Shown piece after piece: positions 41,896-51,027 of a stretch of 64,000 nucleotides of DNA. The translations under genes and the position numbers were made by a program. A model generated the notes under the pieces. That model was not told the origin of the DNA. It searched no databases and was given only the letters and a program-made list of their open reading frames with translations. Position 1 is the first letter of the stretch. The number at the start of each line of letters is the position of its first letter. The stretch spans positions 25,485-89,484 of IMG/VR virus record IMGVR_UViG_2513237302_000002; one strand, given 5' to 3'. The DNA comes from a virus.

Positions 41896-42004
41896 AACTT
41901 TTACAGATTTCTGTAAAGTATGATTGGGTCTATTATTGACATTTACAGAAACCTGTAAACTCTTTACACCCCCACTCTTGAAGTTTACAGGTAGCTACAA
42001 AAGT
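41896..42004. repeat. Array of TTTACAG/CTGTAAA palindromic boxes
   Basis: TTTACAGatttCTGTAAA, TTTACAGaaacCTGTAAA, TTTACAGgtag. Confidence 0.7.
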
Positions 42005-42287
42005 TGAAATCATCATGAAATCAACATTTTGTTATTTTAACACAACTTTTTCACCATGGATTATTTTTGAGCAAGAGTAAAGTAAATTCTTTATTTTTAA
42101 CGTTTTTAATAAATAATTATAAATTTTGAGAACGTTGATATTTAGAGTTTTTCACTTATTTTGGACGTAATTTGACAGCATACTTGAACGATAATGCTTG
42201 TATTGACCGTGTTTTAGCACAGAAAAAGCATCTATTCAGAGCGTGGAATTGCCTAATTGAGATAGGCGTACTGGTGGCGTATTAGCC

Positions 42288-43517
42288 CTAAATCAGAACG
42301 TTCTCACCCTGTTGTTGGCAGTATTGTTCCCACAGTTTAGGTGCGTCAATAGTTAAATATCCATATCCATTTGGTTGAGAAAGGTTCTTTTTGATGGCTG
42401 CAACGTCTACATCGTACAGTTTACGGCACAATTGAACAGCTTTACGCAACTCGTTGGCTAACCGATTACCATCTAACATTTCTTGCACTTTAGCTTTGTG
42501 TTCTGCCGTTGGCTTTTTGTTCTTGATGTTTTCTGGGTGTTTTGCCCATTCTGGCAGTTCTTCGTTGATATTAGCACGTTGACTACGGTAATTGTTGTAT
42601 TGGCGTTGCTTACGTTGTCGTGGTTGCTTAGCAACGTTACGTTTTTGGAATTTAACGTTGTTACGTGCCTTATTTTGGGCATACTTAGCCATCATTTGCT
42701 CAACGTTGTTGATAGCTGGGTCATTAGCCGTACTGGTGATGATTGATTGCAGATAGGCAATTGGATTGACAGCATTATGTTCAGAAGCGCATTGAATAGC
42801 AAAGGCAACCATTTCTGCATCAGTCTGGTTAATCATAGCTAACAATGCTTTCTTGGTGTTGTTGCTGATATATCCGAAGCTATCTAAATAAGCTGCACGT
42901 ACTTGTACTGGCAGTTCAGAATTAGATTGTTCCCGTGTTTGTGTATCGCACGCACGCACGTGTGCGTGTTCTTTCATACATTCATTCATATTCTTCTCTG
43001 GATGAGAGATACTAGAATGAGAGATACTTATACGACCTTTTTTCCAGTCCGTACTACCCGTTTTTTCCAGTCCGTACTCTACATTTTGGGTAGTACGATT
43101 ATACTGGGATTCGGTAGCGGTTACAGAGCTATTTGCTCCATTTGAGTAGTTTTTCCAACTCATAATTAACTCAATGTTGGTTGGTGTACTTTCTACTGGA
43201 TTAACGTAAATTCTCCAACCTTTAAGACCATTACGTTTCAAGGTAACAAGGTGGCAATCCTCTAATTGTTTACGGCGATTAGCAATAGTCTTTGCTGACG
43301 TATGTAAGATAGCAGCTGCTTGCTCATTGGTAAAGATGATAAAGATACGTCCTTGTTCATCTTTGTAGTATTGATTGCCGTTAATTACATTGTATTGAGA
43401 ACAGCTCACACGTTCTTCATACAATGAGTAGAGCATCATTGCCGTTGCATCTAACTTCTGATATTTAGGATTGTTGATTAGGTCGCAATTAGTAGCGACA
43501 AATGCTGTATTTTGCAT
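42288..43517 (-). CDS. repA: Plasmid-type replication initiator (RepA_N plus DnaD-like domain)
   Basis: LINNPKYQKLDATAMMLYS...DEQGRIFIIFTNEQ (RepA_N); AIQCASEHNAVNPIAYLQSII (DnaD-like); EELPEW. Confidence 0.85.
   Translation of the reverse strand: MQNTAFVATNCDLINNPKYQKLDATAMMLYSLYEERVSCSQYNVINGNQYYKDEQGRIFIIFTNEQAAAILHTSAKTIANRRKQLEDCHLVTLKRNGLKGWRIYVNPVESTPTNIELIMSWKNYSNGANSSVTATESQYNRTTQNVEYGLEKTGSTDWKKGRISISHSSISHPEKNMNECMKEHAHVRACDTQTREQSNSELPVQVRAAYLDSFGYISNNTKKALLAMINQTDAEMVAFAIQCASEHNAVNPIAYLQSIITSTANDPAINNVEQMMAKYAQNKARNNVKFQKRNVAKQPRQRKQRQYNNYRSQRANINEELPEWAKHPENIKNKKPTAEHKAKVQEMLDGNRLANELRKAVQLCRKLYDVDVAAIKKNLSQPNGYGYLTIDAPKLWEQYCQQQGENVLI
43002..43097. repeat. Intragenic iterons/origin in repA
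   Basis: TTTTTTCCAGTCCGTACT at 43038 and 43061 (23-bp period); ATGAGAGATACT twice; CGTACTACCC/GGGTAGTACG inverted pair. Confidence 0.75.
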
Positions 43518-43610
43518 GGTATATCTCCTTTTTAATTTGGAGAAACCATAATCACTTTAATATTCAACCTATTATCTTGTATTTGCATCAAAATATGTTA
43601 TACTCAAAGA

Positions 43611-43716
43611 GTAAATTAAATACTTAATGCCGTAATTACATGGTTGTGGTTATCCTTATGATTATGGTTTCTAATCTTTCAACTCTTACGTTTTAGCGGA
43701 ACGTAAGAGTTTTTTT
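43611..43716 (+). ncRNA. Probable antisense copy-number control RNA in the repA leader
   Basis: TTGTAT-16-TATACT promoter with extended TG (43577-43604); 12-bp stem terminator 43681-43716; no ORF. Confidence 0.65.
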
Positions 43717-43924
43717 GTTGTCTTACTGTTTAAACTAAAGCACATTCTGCGCCTCAAGGCTAATCATACCACACTAGCTATCATTTGGGAAGAACGATTT
43801 TGTTCAGTCCTTGATATACAGATAACATAATGTTACTTGATTAGTTGCTAAAAGCGTACTACACAATGCAATTTGTGTAAATCGTTTTCTGGCAGCCGAA
43901 CAGGTCTAAAATACGTTCCCGCGA

Positions 43925-44085
43925 ATTAGCTGTATACATTTATTTATTGTATACGGTAATTAATTGTATGCAGTTAATTATTGCATACACACCTAAACCG
44001 TTGATATGACTGTATCTTATTTTTAGTAAGGTGAATTAGTTGTATACAGTTATTTATTGTGTGCTATAATTTCTTGTGTACAATT
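43925..44085. promoter_or_regulatory. Centromere-like 17-bp-period TGTATAC repeats upstream of parA
   Basis: TGTATAC or variants at 43931, 43948, 43965, 43982 and at 44041, 44058, 44075. Confidence 0.75.
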
Positions 44086-44131
44086 AATACAACTAATTAT
44101 TTTTATTTTTTCTGAATGCGAGGTGGAACAT

Positions 44132-44974
44132 ATGATAGTTATGACATATGCTAACTTCAAAGGTGGTGTTGGCAAAACGACTAATTCGGTTATGACTGCC
44201 TATGAATTGGCTAAAAAAGGATATAAAACGCTAGTATGCGATTTAGACCCGCAAGCAAATGCCACACAATTGTTAAGACGTACTTATGGATTACAAAACA
44301 ATCAAAAAGGGCTAAAGATAGGTAGCACCATGATGGTTGCTTTGAGTAATGAGAATATTAATGAAGCAATCGTCAAAATCATGGATAATCTGTATTTGCT
44401 ACCATCTTATAGTGACTTTACCGAATATCCAGACTTTTTGGAGTTAAAGTACCCAGCAATTGAAGATAACTATAAGGAAAAGCGTATTGCCTACTTTAAG
44501 CAGCAATTAGATAAGGTTAAAAACGATTACGACTTTGTTATTGTTGACGTACCACCTACGCTATCTATTTATACTGATTCAGCCGTGTATGCCAGCAATG
44601 AAGTCATTATCGTATTACAGACACAACAACGTTCTTTAGACGGTGCAGAAGCGTTTTTCGAGTATCTACAACGCACCTATGATAAATATCCATCTATTAA
44701 CTTTGATATTTTGGGTGTGTTAGCCGTTCTATTGAAGAATAATGTCGGGCTTGATAGCCAGATACTTGATGACGCTGGTAAGATATTCGGTTACGATTTA
44801 ATGTTTCATATGATTATTCACCACATGGAGCGTTTAAAGCGTTACGACCGTACTGGAATAGCCGATAAAGACTTATCACCATCAGATTTCCATGATACCA
44901 AGGTTCATTACACGTATTTGACGCTTACTGATGAGATATTAGAGAGATTACGGCAGAAAGGGGAAATTAAATAA
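44132..44974 (+). CDS. parA: ParA family partition ATPase (type Ib)
   Basis: NFKGGVGKTT, DLDPQANAT, IVDVPP; GAGGTGG RBS. Confidence 0.95.
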   Translation: MIVMTYANFKGGVGKTTNSVMTAYELAKKGYKTLVCDLDPQANATQLLRRTYGLQNNQKGLKIGSTMMVALSNENINEAIVKIMDNLYLLPSYSDFTEYPDFLELKYPAIEDNYKEKRIAYFKQQLDKVKNDYDFVIVDVPPTLSIYTDSAVYASNEVIIVLQTQQRSLDGAEAFFEYLQRTYDKYPSINFDILGVLAVLLKNNVGLDSQILDDAGKIFGYDLMFHMIIHHMERLKRYDRTGIADKDLSPSDFHDTKVHYTYLTLTDEILERLRQKGEIK

Positions 44975-45387
44975 TGGAAGATAACAAACCAAAAATGACG
45001 TTCCGCAAAGACCCTAATCGTGGCAAGAACAACCTAAAACCAGTTAAGGAAACGCCAATATCAGCACCAGCAAGTACGTTTGACGTTACTAAAATGGCTT
45101 CTGACAAGCAAAATAAGCCCAAGGAAACCAAGAAAAAGGAAAAACAATCAGATACTCCTCGCCCAGTTGGTCGTCCTAAGTCTGGTCGCAAACGTTATCA
45201 GACGGTTCGGGTAACTAAGGAAACAGCATGGAAACTTAACGCTATCCAGAACGCATTATCATATCCAACACAAGAAGCATTGATTGAGGGTGCATTGGAA
45301 CGTGTGGAGCGCTCTATGACGGACGATGAGAAGCGCCTGTATGAATTATGGCGTGATACGTTGGAAAAGCGTTGGGAGCGTAAATAA
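44974..45387 (+). CDS. Small centromere-binding partner of ParA
   Basis: Translationally coupled to parA; disordered N-terminus, VGRPKSG...QTVRV RHH-like C-terminus. Confidence 0.75.
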   Translation: MEDNKPKMTFRKDPNRGKNNLKPVKETPISAPASTFDVTKMASDKQNKPKETKKKEKQSDTPRPVGRPKSGRKRYQTVRVTKETAWKLNAIQNALSYPTQEALIEGALERVERSMTDDEKRLYELWRDTLEKRWERK

Positions 45388-45416
45388 GGCACTGATAAGA
45401 CGTTAATAAAGATAAT

Positions 45417-45446
45417 AAGGGAGCTGCTTAGCTCTCTTTTTTTATT
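45417..45446 (+). terminator. Intrinsic terminator
   Basis: AAGGGAGC-tgctta-GCTCTCTT followed by a T run. Confidence 0.75.
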
Positions 45447-45783
45447 TGCCGTATAACTGCGTGCAGTAATGCAATAATTAAGTGTATACAGTTATTTATT
45501 GTGTACGATTATATATCGTATTCAATGATGCTATTTTGGTAAATCAAAGACTTCAATTCCAATTTATTAGTTGTATACAATAAATTATTGTATTATCCCT
45601 TGACCATATTCTGCGATAAGAGTATATTATTGTTTGTAGGATAAAGTAATGCAATAAATCACGAATACATTACAAAGTAATTGATATGTATTGCAAATAT
45701 TACTATAAATCATAAATTGTGATACAAGGTCAATCAGAAAATACAGAATAATGTAGAAAGTGATAAACGGAGGTATTGATATT

Positions 45784-47016
45784 ATGGAAAAATCAAAAAC
45801 TATGCTAGTCGCTAATGACCTTGGATATGGTGCTGTAAAGGCACAAGTTGATGATGAACGAATCTTATTCCCATCGGTTGCTGCACTGCTTCGTGAACAA
45901 GACATTCAAGACCCTGTTCAGTTTAGTAGTGATGCTGACCGTGATTACTACTTTGAACACTTCTCAGAACATATGGACGTTACCATTTCTAGTCCATCTG
46001 TTACTACGCAAGGTCGTTTCTTGGTAGGTCGAGCAGCAAGTGAAAGTCCATTACCGTTGAGCGCCTTTGATGTTTCTGATTTTTCTGGAAAGTCAGAGGA
46101 GGACTTATCACTTATCCTTACTCTCAGCATGATTGCGTCTAAACGAGTTAAGGAAGCCTACCAGAATGGTGAAGATTTAACTGAAACGCTTAAAGCTAAT
46201 GTTGTTATGGCTACTGCATTACCAGTAAATGAGATTAAACGTAACAATATTGCTAATACGTACAAGGAACGCTATCTTAAAGGCGTGCATGGCGTAACAT
46301 TCCATAACTTCGGCACTCCTATCAATGTTTCTCTTACCTTTAAACAGGTATACGTAATGCCAGAGGGCGAAACGGCACAGTTCTATATCGCTAACAACAC
46401 CGATAGCAAGTTCAAAAAGTCTATTGAAAAGGACTTTAAGGAGCATTACCCAGACATGAAAGATGTTTCTGTTGAAGATTTAACTACTTCTGGTAACGTT
46501 GTTGGTATTGACATTGGTGAGGGCACTACCGATATTGTCGTATTGGTTGACGGTAAGGCTGACGGTTTATCTTCTAATTCGCTTGAGGTTGGATATGGTA
46601 ATGTGCTGCAAGAAGCTATTGAAGCACTGCAAATGCAACGATTTAACTTCTCTGAACGTGCTAAGTTGCAAGAATTCCTTGCTAAGCCAGCAACAGGACT
46701 TAATAAGGCTCGTAAACAAAAGGTAGAAAGCATCGTCCAATACCAATTCACGCCATTTGTTAATAGCATTACTAGCGCTACTAGTGCTGTTATGCGTAAG
46801 GCTAACTCCAGTACAGAAGTCGTATTCGTATATGGTGGTGGCTCAATTCCAATGAAAGAACAGTCTGATTTACGTCAACGCTTATCAGAAAAGATGAAAT
46901 CCTTTAGCGGTGGTTTTGATATTCCAGTCGTATGGATTGATAAGGAATATGCCCAGTTAATGAACCTAAACGGGCTTGCTAAACTGGTTGAGATGGTATC
47001 TAAGCAGAAAGCATAA
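45784..47016 (+). CDS. parM: ParM/StbA family actin-like partition ATPase
   Basis: ANDLGYGAVK, TALP, PEGE, IDIGEGTTD, VYGGGS actin-fold motifs. Confidence 0.92.
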   Translation: MEKSKTMLVANDLGYGAVKAQVDDERILFPSVAALLREQDIQDPVQFSSDADRDYYFEHFSEHMDVTISSPSVTTQGRFLVGRAASESPLPLSAFDVSDFSGKSEEDLSLILTLSMIASKRVKEAYQNGEDLTETLKANVVMATALPVNEIKRNNIANTYKERYLKGVHGVTFHNFGTPINVSLTFKQVYVMPEGETAQFYIANNTDSKFKKSIEKDFKEHYPDMKDVSVEDLTTSGNVVGIDIGEGTTDIVVLVDGKADGLSSNSLEVGYGNVLQEAIEALQMQRFNFSERAKLQEFLAKPATGLNKARKQKVESIVQYQFTPFVNSITSATSAVMRKANSSTEVVFVYGGGSIPMKEQSDLRQRLSEKMKSFSGGFDIPVVWIDKEYAQLMNLNGLAKLVEMVSKQKA

Positions 47017-47140
47017 TTGAATATTTGAACGCAATGGCAATGAAATACGCCCTTGTAAGGACGTGATGAGTTACCTTTTCACTATAAACAAATATATAAA
47101 CAATTAGATAGTAAAGTGATAATATAAGTATGAATTAATT

Positions 47141-47239
47141 AGGTGTGGGGCGCACCTTGGTAAATAGACACGTAAGACTTTAATTTAGAAAGCAAAGTTG
47201 TTCCCAGAAGCTCAGATTTCAATATACTGGGTAGTCCAC
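47141..47239 (+). ncRNA. TnpB omegaRNA-like / IS200-IS605 right-end-derived RNA, copy 1
   Basis: Homologous to 61596-61696 with compensatory changes; ends GAAGCT-hairpin-GTAGTCCAC, like Firmicutes tnpB element right ends. Confidence 0.6.
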
Positions 47240-47336
47240 ACGCAATAATACGATATATAAACGTGTACGATAATTAACTGTATACAATTATTTACCGCAT
47301 TATTGTATTTGTGTATATGACGTAAGAGGTGGTTTC

Positions 47337-47678
47337 ATGGTTCAATCCAAGTCAAGACAAAAGACAATGAGATTATCTGCTGATGAAGATGTACAACGTT
47401 GGACGGATAATCAAAAGAACTTTAGTCAGTCTATAAACACCGCAATTCACCTTGTTATTGATATGTGCGGTGAGGGAGATATTCACGCAGCAATAAGAAA
47501 AATGGCTATCGAAAAGGCGGGTTTTTCAGCCCGTGAGGAAAAATCAGTGCCAAAAAAAGAGACAATGCAAACTGACAATTTGCGACAAGACGATAGTTTG
47601 GCAGCTAAGACACCTAAGCCTACTAGGCAAGATGAAAATAGCTCTGATGACCCATTTAATATGTTCTCAGTCAAATAG
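47337..47678 (+). CDS. ParR-like adaptor
   Basis: 113 aa; DVQRWTDNQKNFSQSI RHH-like N-terminus; acidic tail; follows parM. Confidence 0.7.
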   Translation: MVQSKSRQKTMRLSADEDVQRWTDNQKNFSQSINTAIHLVIDMCGEGDIHAAIRKMAIEKAGFSAREEKSVPKKETMQTDNLRQDDSLAAKTPKPTRQDENSSDDPFNMFSVK

Positions 47679-47682
47679 TTTT

Positions 47683-47719
47683 AACCCGTTAGGTCTTAAT
47701 TGACTTGACGGGTTTTTTC
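47683..47719 (+). terminator. Intrinsic terminator
   Basis: AACCCGTTAGGTC-ttaatt-GACTTGACGGGTT followed by a T run. Confidence 0.85.
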
Positions 47720-48559
47720 TTCATTTTGTGTTTAGTACCAATTTTGTTTAATCAACTTAGTAAAATCGTTTTGGCTAAAAATGTATTACATTGTAGTGGT
47801 TTTTGGTGTTGTTTGTAATGCGTAAAATTATTTTATATACCATGCTTAGTACAAAGTACCTATTTTTGGTATGATATGCACTACGAAAAATTACGATTTT
47901 TGCCAACTTTTATTTTCATAAGTCTAATAGCCTAATTATTGGTACTCCATACTAAACACGGCAAAATCGAAAATTAAGGGTGTATTGCACCATGTTTTAG
48001 ACATTCGTACTAAGCACGATTTTTGGACTTTCTCTGTGCTTACATTTTTACAAATATTTTTAAATTATTTTTATAGCTTTTACTTTTTAATAAAATAATT
48101 TCGCTTTCAGAAAATTACAATGTGCTTTCAAGATTATGAAAAAATTCTTGAAAATGAGTTTTGACGTTTTCATAAATCTATGAAAATTGTTTCATAAGGA
48201 CTGCCAGCAAGGAATGAAGTGTGCGTATTTACCTATTAAATAGGGTAATAAAGGGCTAAATAGCACTAAACTACCTATTATAGGGATAATAAAGGGTGGT
48301 AGGATATGCTGCCAACAATAGAATTTGAGTTATTTTAATCATTATTTGAATAATAATACCAATATAAAAGCACTCATCTAAGAGTATCTATTTAACCAAT
48401 TTAAAGGCTATTAGGTACAAATGTGAGTGCTTTTTGTGTATTTACAACGTGAATAAAGACTAGAAATACGACTAATACACACCAAAACGGTATATCAGAC
48501 AGTATGGAACAAGAGTAAGCTGGGAGATAGATGCGAGATTGGCTTTCAGAAGCACCGAA

Positions 48560-49660
48560 AAGCAGATAGATGAATAGTCGTCCATTAAATTAACGCTAAC
48601 GCTGATATAGGAAATAACGGGGCTATTTTGAGCAAATATAGGGGGGGGGTATAGGGTACATATGTAGGGTGTGCTGCGAGTAGGTTAGGTGGAATTTTTG
48701 TGATGTGTGATATTAGGTGGGTTGGATAGGTTAGGTAATGGTTGGTAGATGGCTGAAATTTTTGTGATGTGTGTATTAAGCTACTCATTTAGGATTGGTC
48801 TATACCAATTATTCATTTTGAGTAAAACAGCCCCCATGCAATTGTACTGATAATAACCGTTATCGATACATCAGCAGTAGAAGCCTATTCACTTACTTTT
48901 AATAAGTAAAAAATCAGACTTCAAAATAGCAGATGTCTTTACTTACTTTTAATAAGTACGTGCGTGAAAAACGATGCTGCCTTTTTGTTTCATCTTTTTA
49001 ATAAGATGCTATCTAGTTTTTAAAACTACTTGAACGGGTTTCAAAAAACGTTAAGGAATCAGCTATCTCAATTTTTCATCTTTCATCAATTCAATTATTA
49101 AACCATCAAACAAAGAGAAGCATTAAACCATCAAACAATAATCACCATCAAAGAGAAGCATTATTTAAATTCATATAAAGAGAAGCCTTTAAAGAGAAGC
49201 CTTTAATTAAACCATCAACTATAAAGAGAAGCCTTTTTAACTCTTCTCTTCTCTTTATCAACAATTACAATTCATTCACTCACTAGCAGCAGCCAACCAT
49301 TAAGCCTATCTTATATCCATAACCCCAACACCTAATATCAATAACCCTAACACATAGTTTTCAAAACTAGATACATGTTTGATGCTTTCATCTTCACTCA
49401 CTCAATCACATTCAAGGCAGCAGACCACCATCAAGCCTATTGTGTCGATTATCTAACAGCTCACAAACGCCTTTAGATCAACGTTGTAAGCGCTATCACA
49501 TCCATGCTATTCGATCGTGTTTCTTCCATTATACAACACGGAACGCCTTACTTACTTTTAATCAGTAACCAGACCAGCCGAAGCCTATTATCTCAATCCA
49601 TAAACCTACAATCATATCACTAACTCAATCATAAGTCAATACAATTCTGTAAATCTAAAT
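48560..49660. repeat. Repeat-rich, strand-skewed non-coding region; probable genome end/packaging region
   Basis: G/T-rich before ~48830 and C/A-rich after; AAGAGAAGC x5, ACCATCAA x5, AAGCCTAT x4, ACTTACTTTTAAT-like x3. Confidence 0.55.
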
Positions 49661-49724
49661 ACTTCAGTTTTTTCTTGAATTGCTAATCCTTACAGCGCCA
49701 AGGGTTGTAAGCGCTAACAATAGA

Positions 49725-50003
49725 TAAACTTCAAAAAAGATGTAAAATACAGTTGACTTATAATCGAAACCAGCGTAATATAATAGTCGTTCAAAGGAAC
49801 AAGGTAACTTGTTCAAATGAACGGGCGTAAGTCAACCGCCCTTAAAAGATTTATCAAAAATCTTTAAAAAACAGTTGACAAACATAAGACCTTTAAATTA
49901 TAATAAGGTCACAATAAAGGTTTGTCAGCAGACCTTTTATAACTTTCAAAAAAGTTATAAAAAACAGTTGACAAATAAAAGACCTTATCTTATAATAAGG
50001 TCA
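49725..50003 (+). promoter_or_regulatory. Three tandem sigma-A promoter modules
   Basis: ACAGTTGAC at ~49750, 49871 and 49964 with A-tract UP elements; TTGACA-18-TATAAT and TTGACA-17-TATAAT in modules 2 and 3. Confidence 0.85.
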
Positions 50004-50990
50004 TAAAGTTAAGGGCGTAAGTTCTTGACAGCCCCTAAACAGTAAGGGGGTATATAAATAAAACTCACCTTTTAAAGGTGACGGGTTTACCCGTGTATCA
50101 ATCGATAGGGGTTGATTACCCCTTGTCGGGTGGTGGGCGCTTACCAAAGTGGTGCCAATGATTTGTTCTTTAACAAGTAAATAGTCGTCGGCGCTACCGT
50201 AGGCTATTAGGGGGAACACTCTCTAATAGTGTAGACAAGGCTTGAAAACCTTGTCGAAGGGGTGCTAACAAACAAAACCCTAGATAGTAAAGGGCTTCAC
50301 GGTGTTTTGCTATCGAAGAACTGGGAACGGTTGGGGACGGCGTAAGTCGTTAGGATAGGCTAATTCTGTTGTTTGTATGCACTTTGAGAAACGGTGACGC
50401 AAAACTTACAGGCGGTAGTGTAGTCCAGTCTTTTGACTGGATAAGACTAATCAAAAGTCCTACGCTCCCTTGACCAGTCAAATGGTCAAGTGTACCCATT
50501 CACACCCCAGACCATTGGGGGTCACGCCGTGATGGCGTTGCTAACTTTTGGAGGTGTGTGTTGAGTGTGTGAAAAGCATTCAATTAAGGGGACAAAGAAT
50601 CACCGCGGATAACCCCGCGCGCCGGCGGCTAATGCACCTTGACAACTAAATATATAGACCTAACGAGATTCACACCCTTATTAGGTCGCCGTGGCTACCA
50701 TAGACTGTGGAAGACTATGCTTTTTTTGCGTAGCGGGTTTTTCAGACCCGTTGAAACTGACGGGGCGGCTATACGGTTTTTAAAACGCTTGTCTGTTTGC
50801 TAGTTGCTATTGTTTTTAAATCATTAACGGCTGCTAATTAAAAGCGGTCGTTATTTAAATTGTTAAGTTAATGCTTAATGATTTAAATAACGATTGGTTT
50901 TAATCGTTAATGGTTTTGTTGCTTGATAGCAGCTTGATTGACGCTGCTTATAAATTGTCAATCATTGCTACTACATTTTTTAAGTTGCTT
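50003..50990 (+). ncRNA. Large highly structured non-coding RNA or leader (unassigned)
   Basis: No credible ORF; GC-richer than the flanks; more than 12 hairpins plus nested long-range stems with G-U pairs on the plus strand; directly downstream of strong promoters. Confidence 0.7.
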
Positions 50991-51027
50991 TATTGCTTAT
51001 GATTTAATGAAAGTGAGTGTTTTAATC

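Noticed and set aside
47040..47075. Intact IS200/IS605 element or MITE left end
   Set aside because: Only a degenerate hairpin; no tnpA/tnpB remnants, and no equivalent in front of copy 2
49080..49620. CRISPR array
   Set aside because: Repeats are 8-17 nt, irregularly spaced, without unique equal-length spacers; no cas genes
48585..50219. Minus-strand ORFs 48585-48788 and 50001-50219
   Set aside because: No RBS, low-complexity products; better explained by compositional skew and the plus-strand structured RNA
48800..50920. Protelomerase (hairpin telomere) target site
   Set aside because: No long perfect DNA palindrome; the 50818-50916 hairpin relies on G-U pairs; no protelomerase-sized gene recognised
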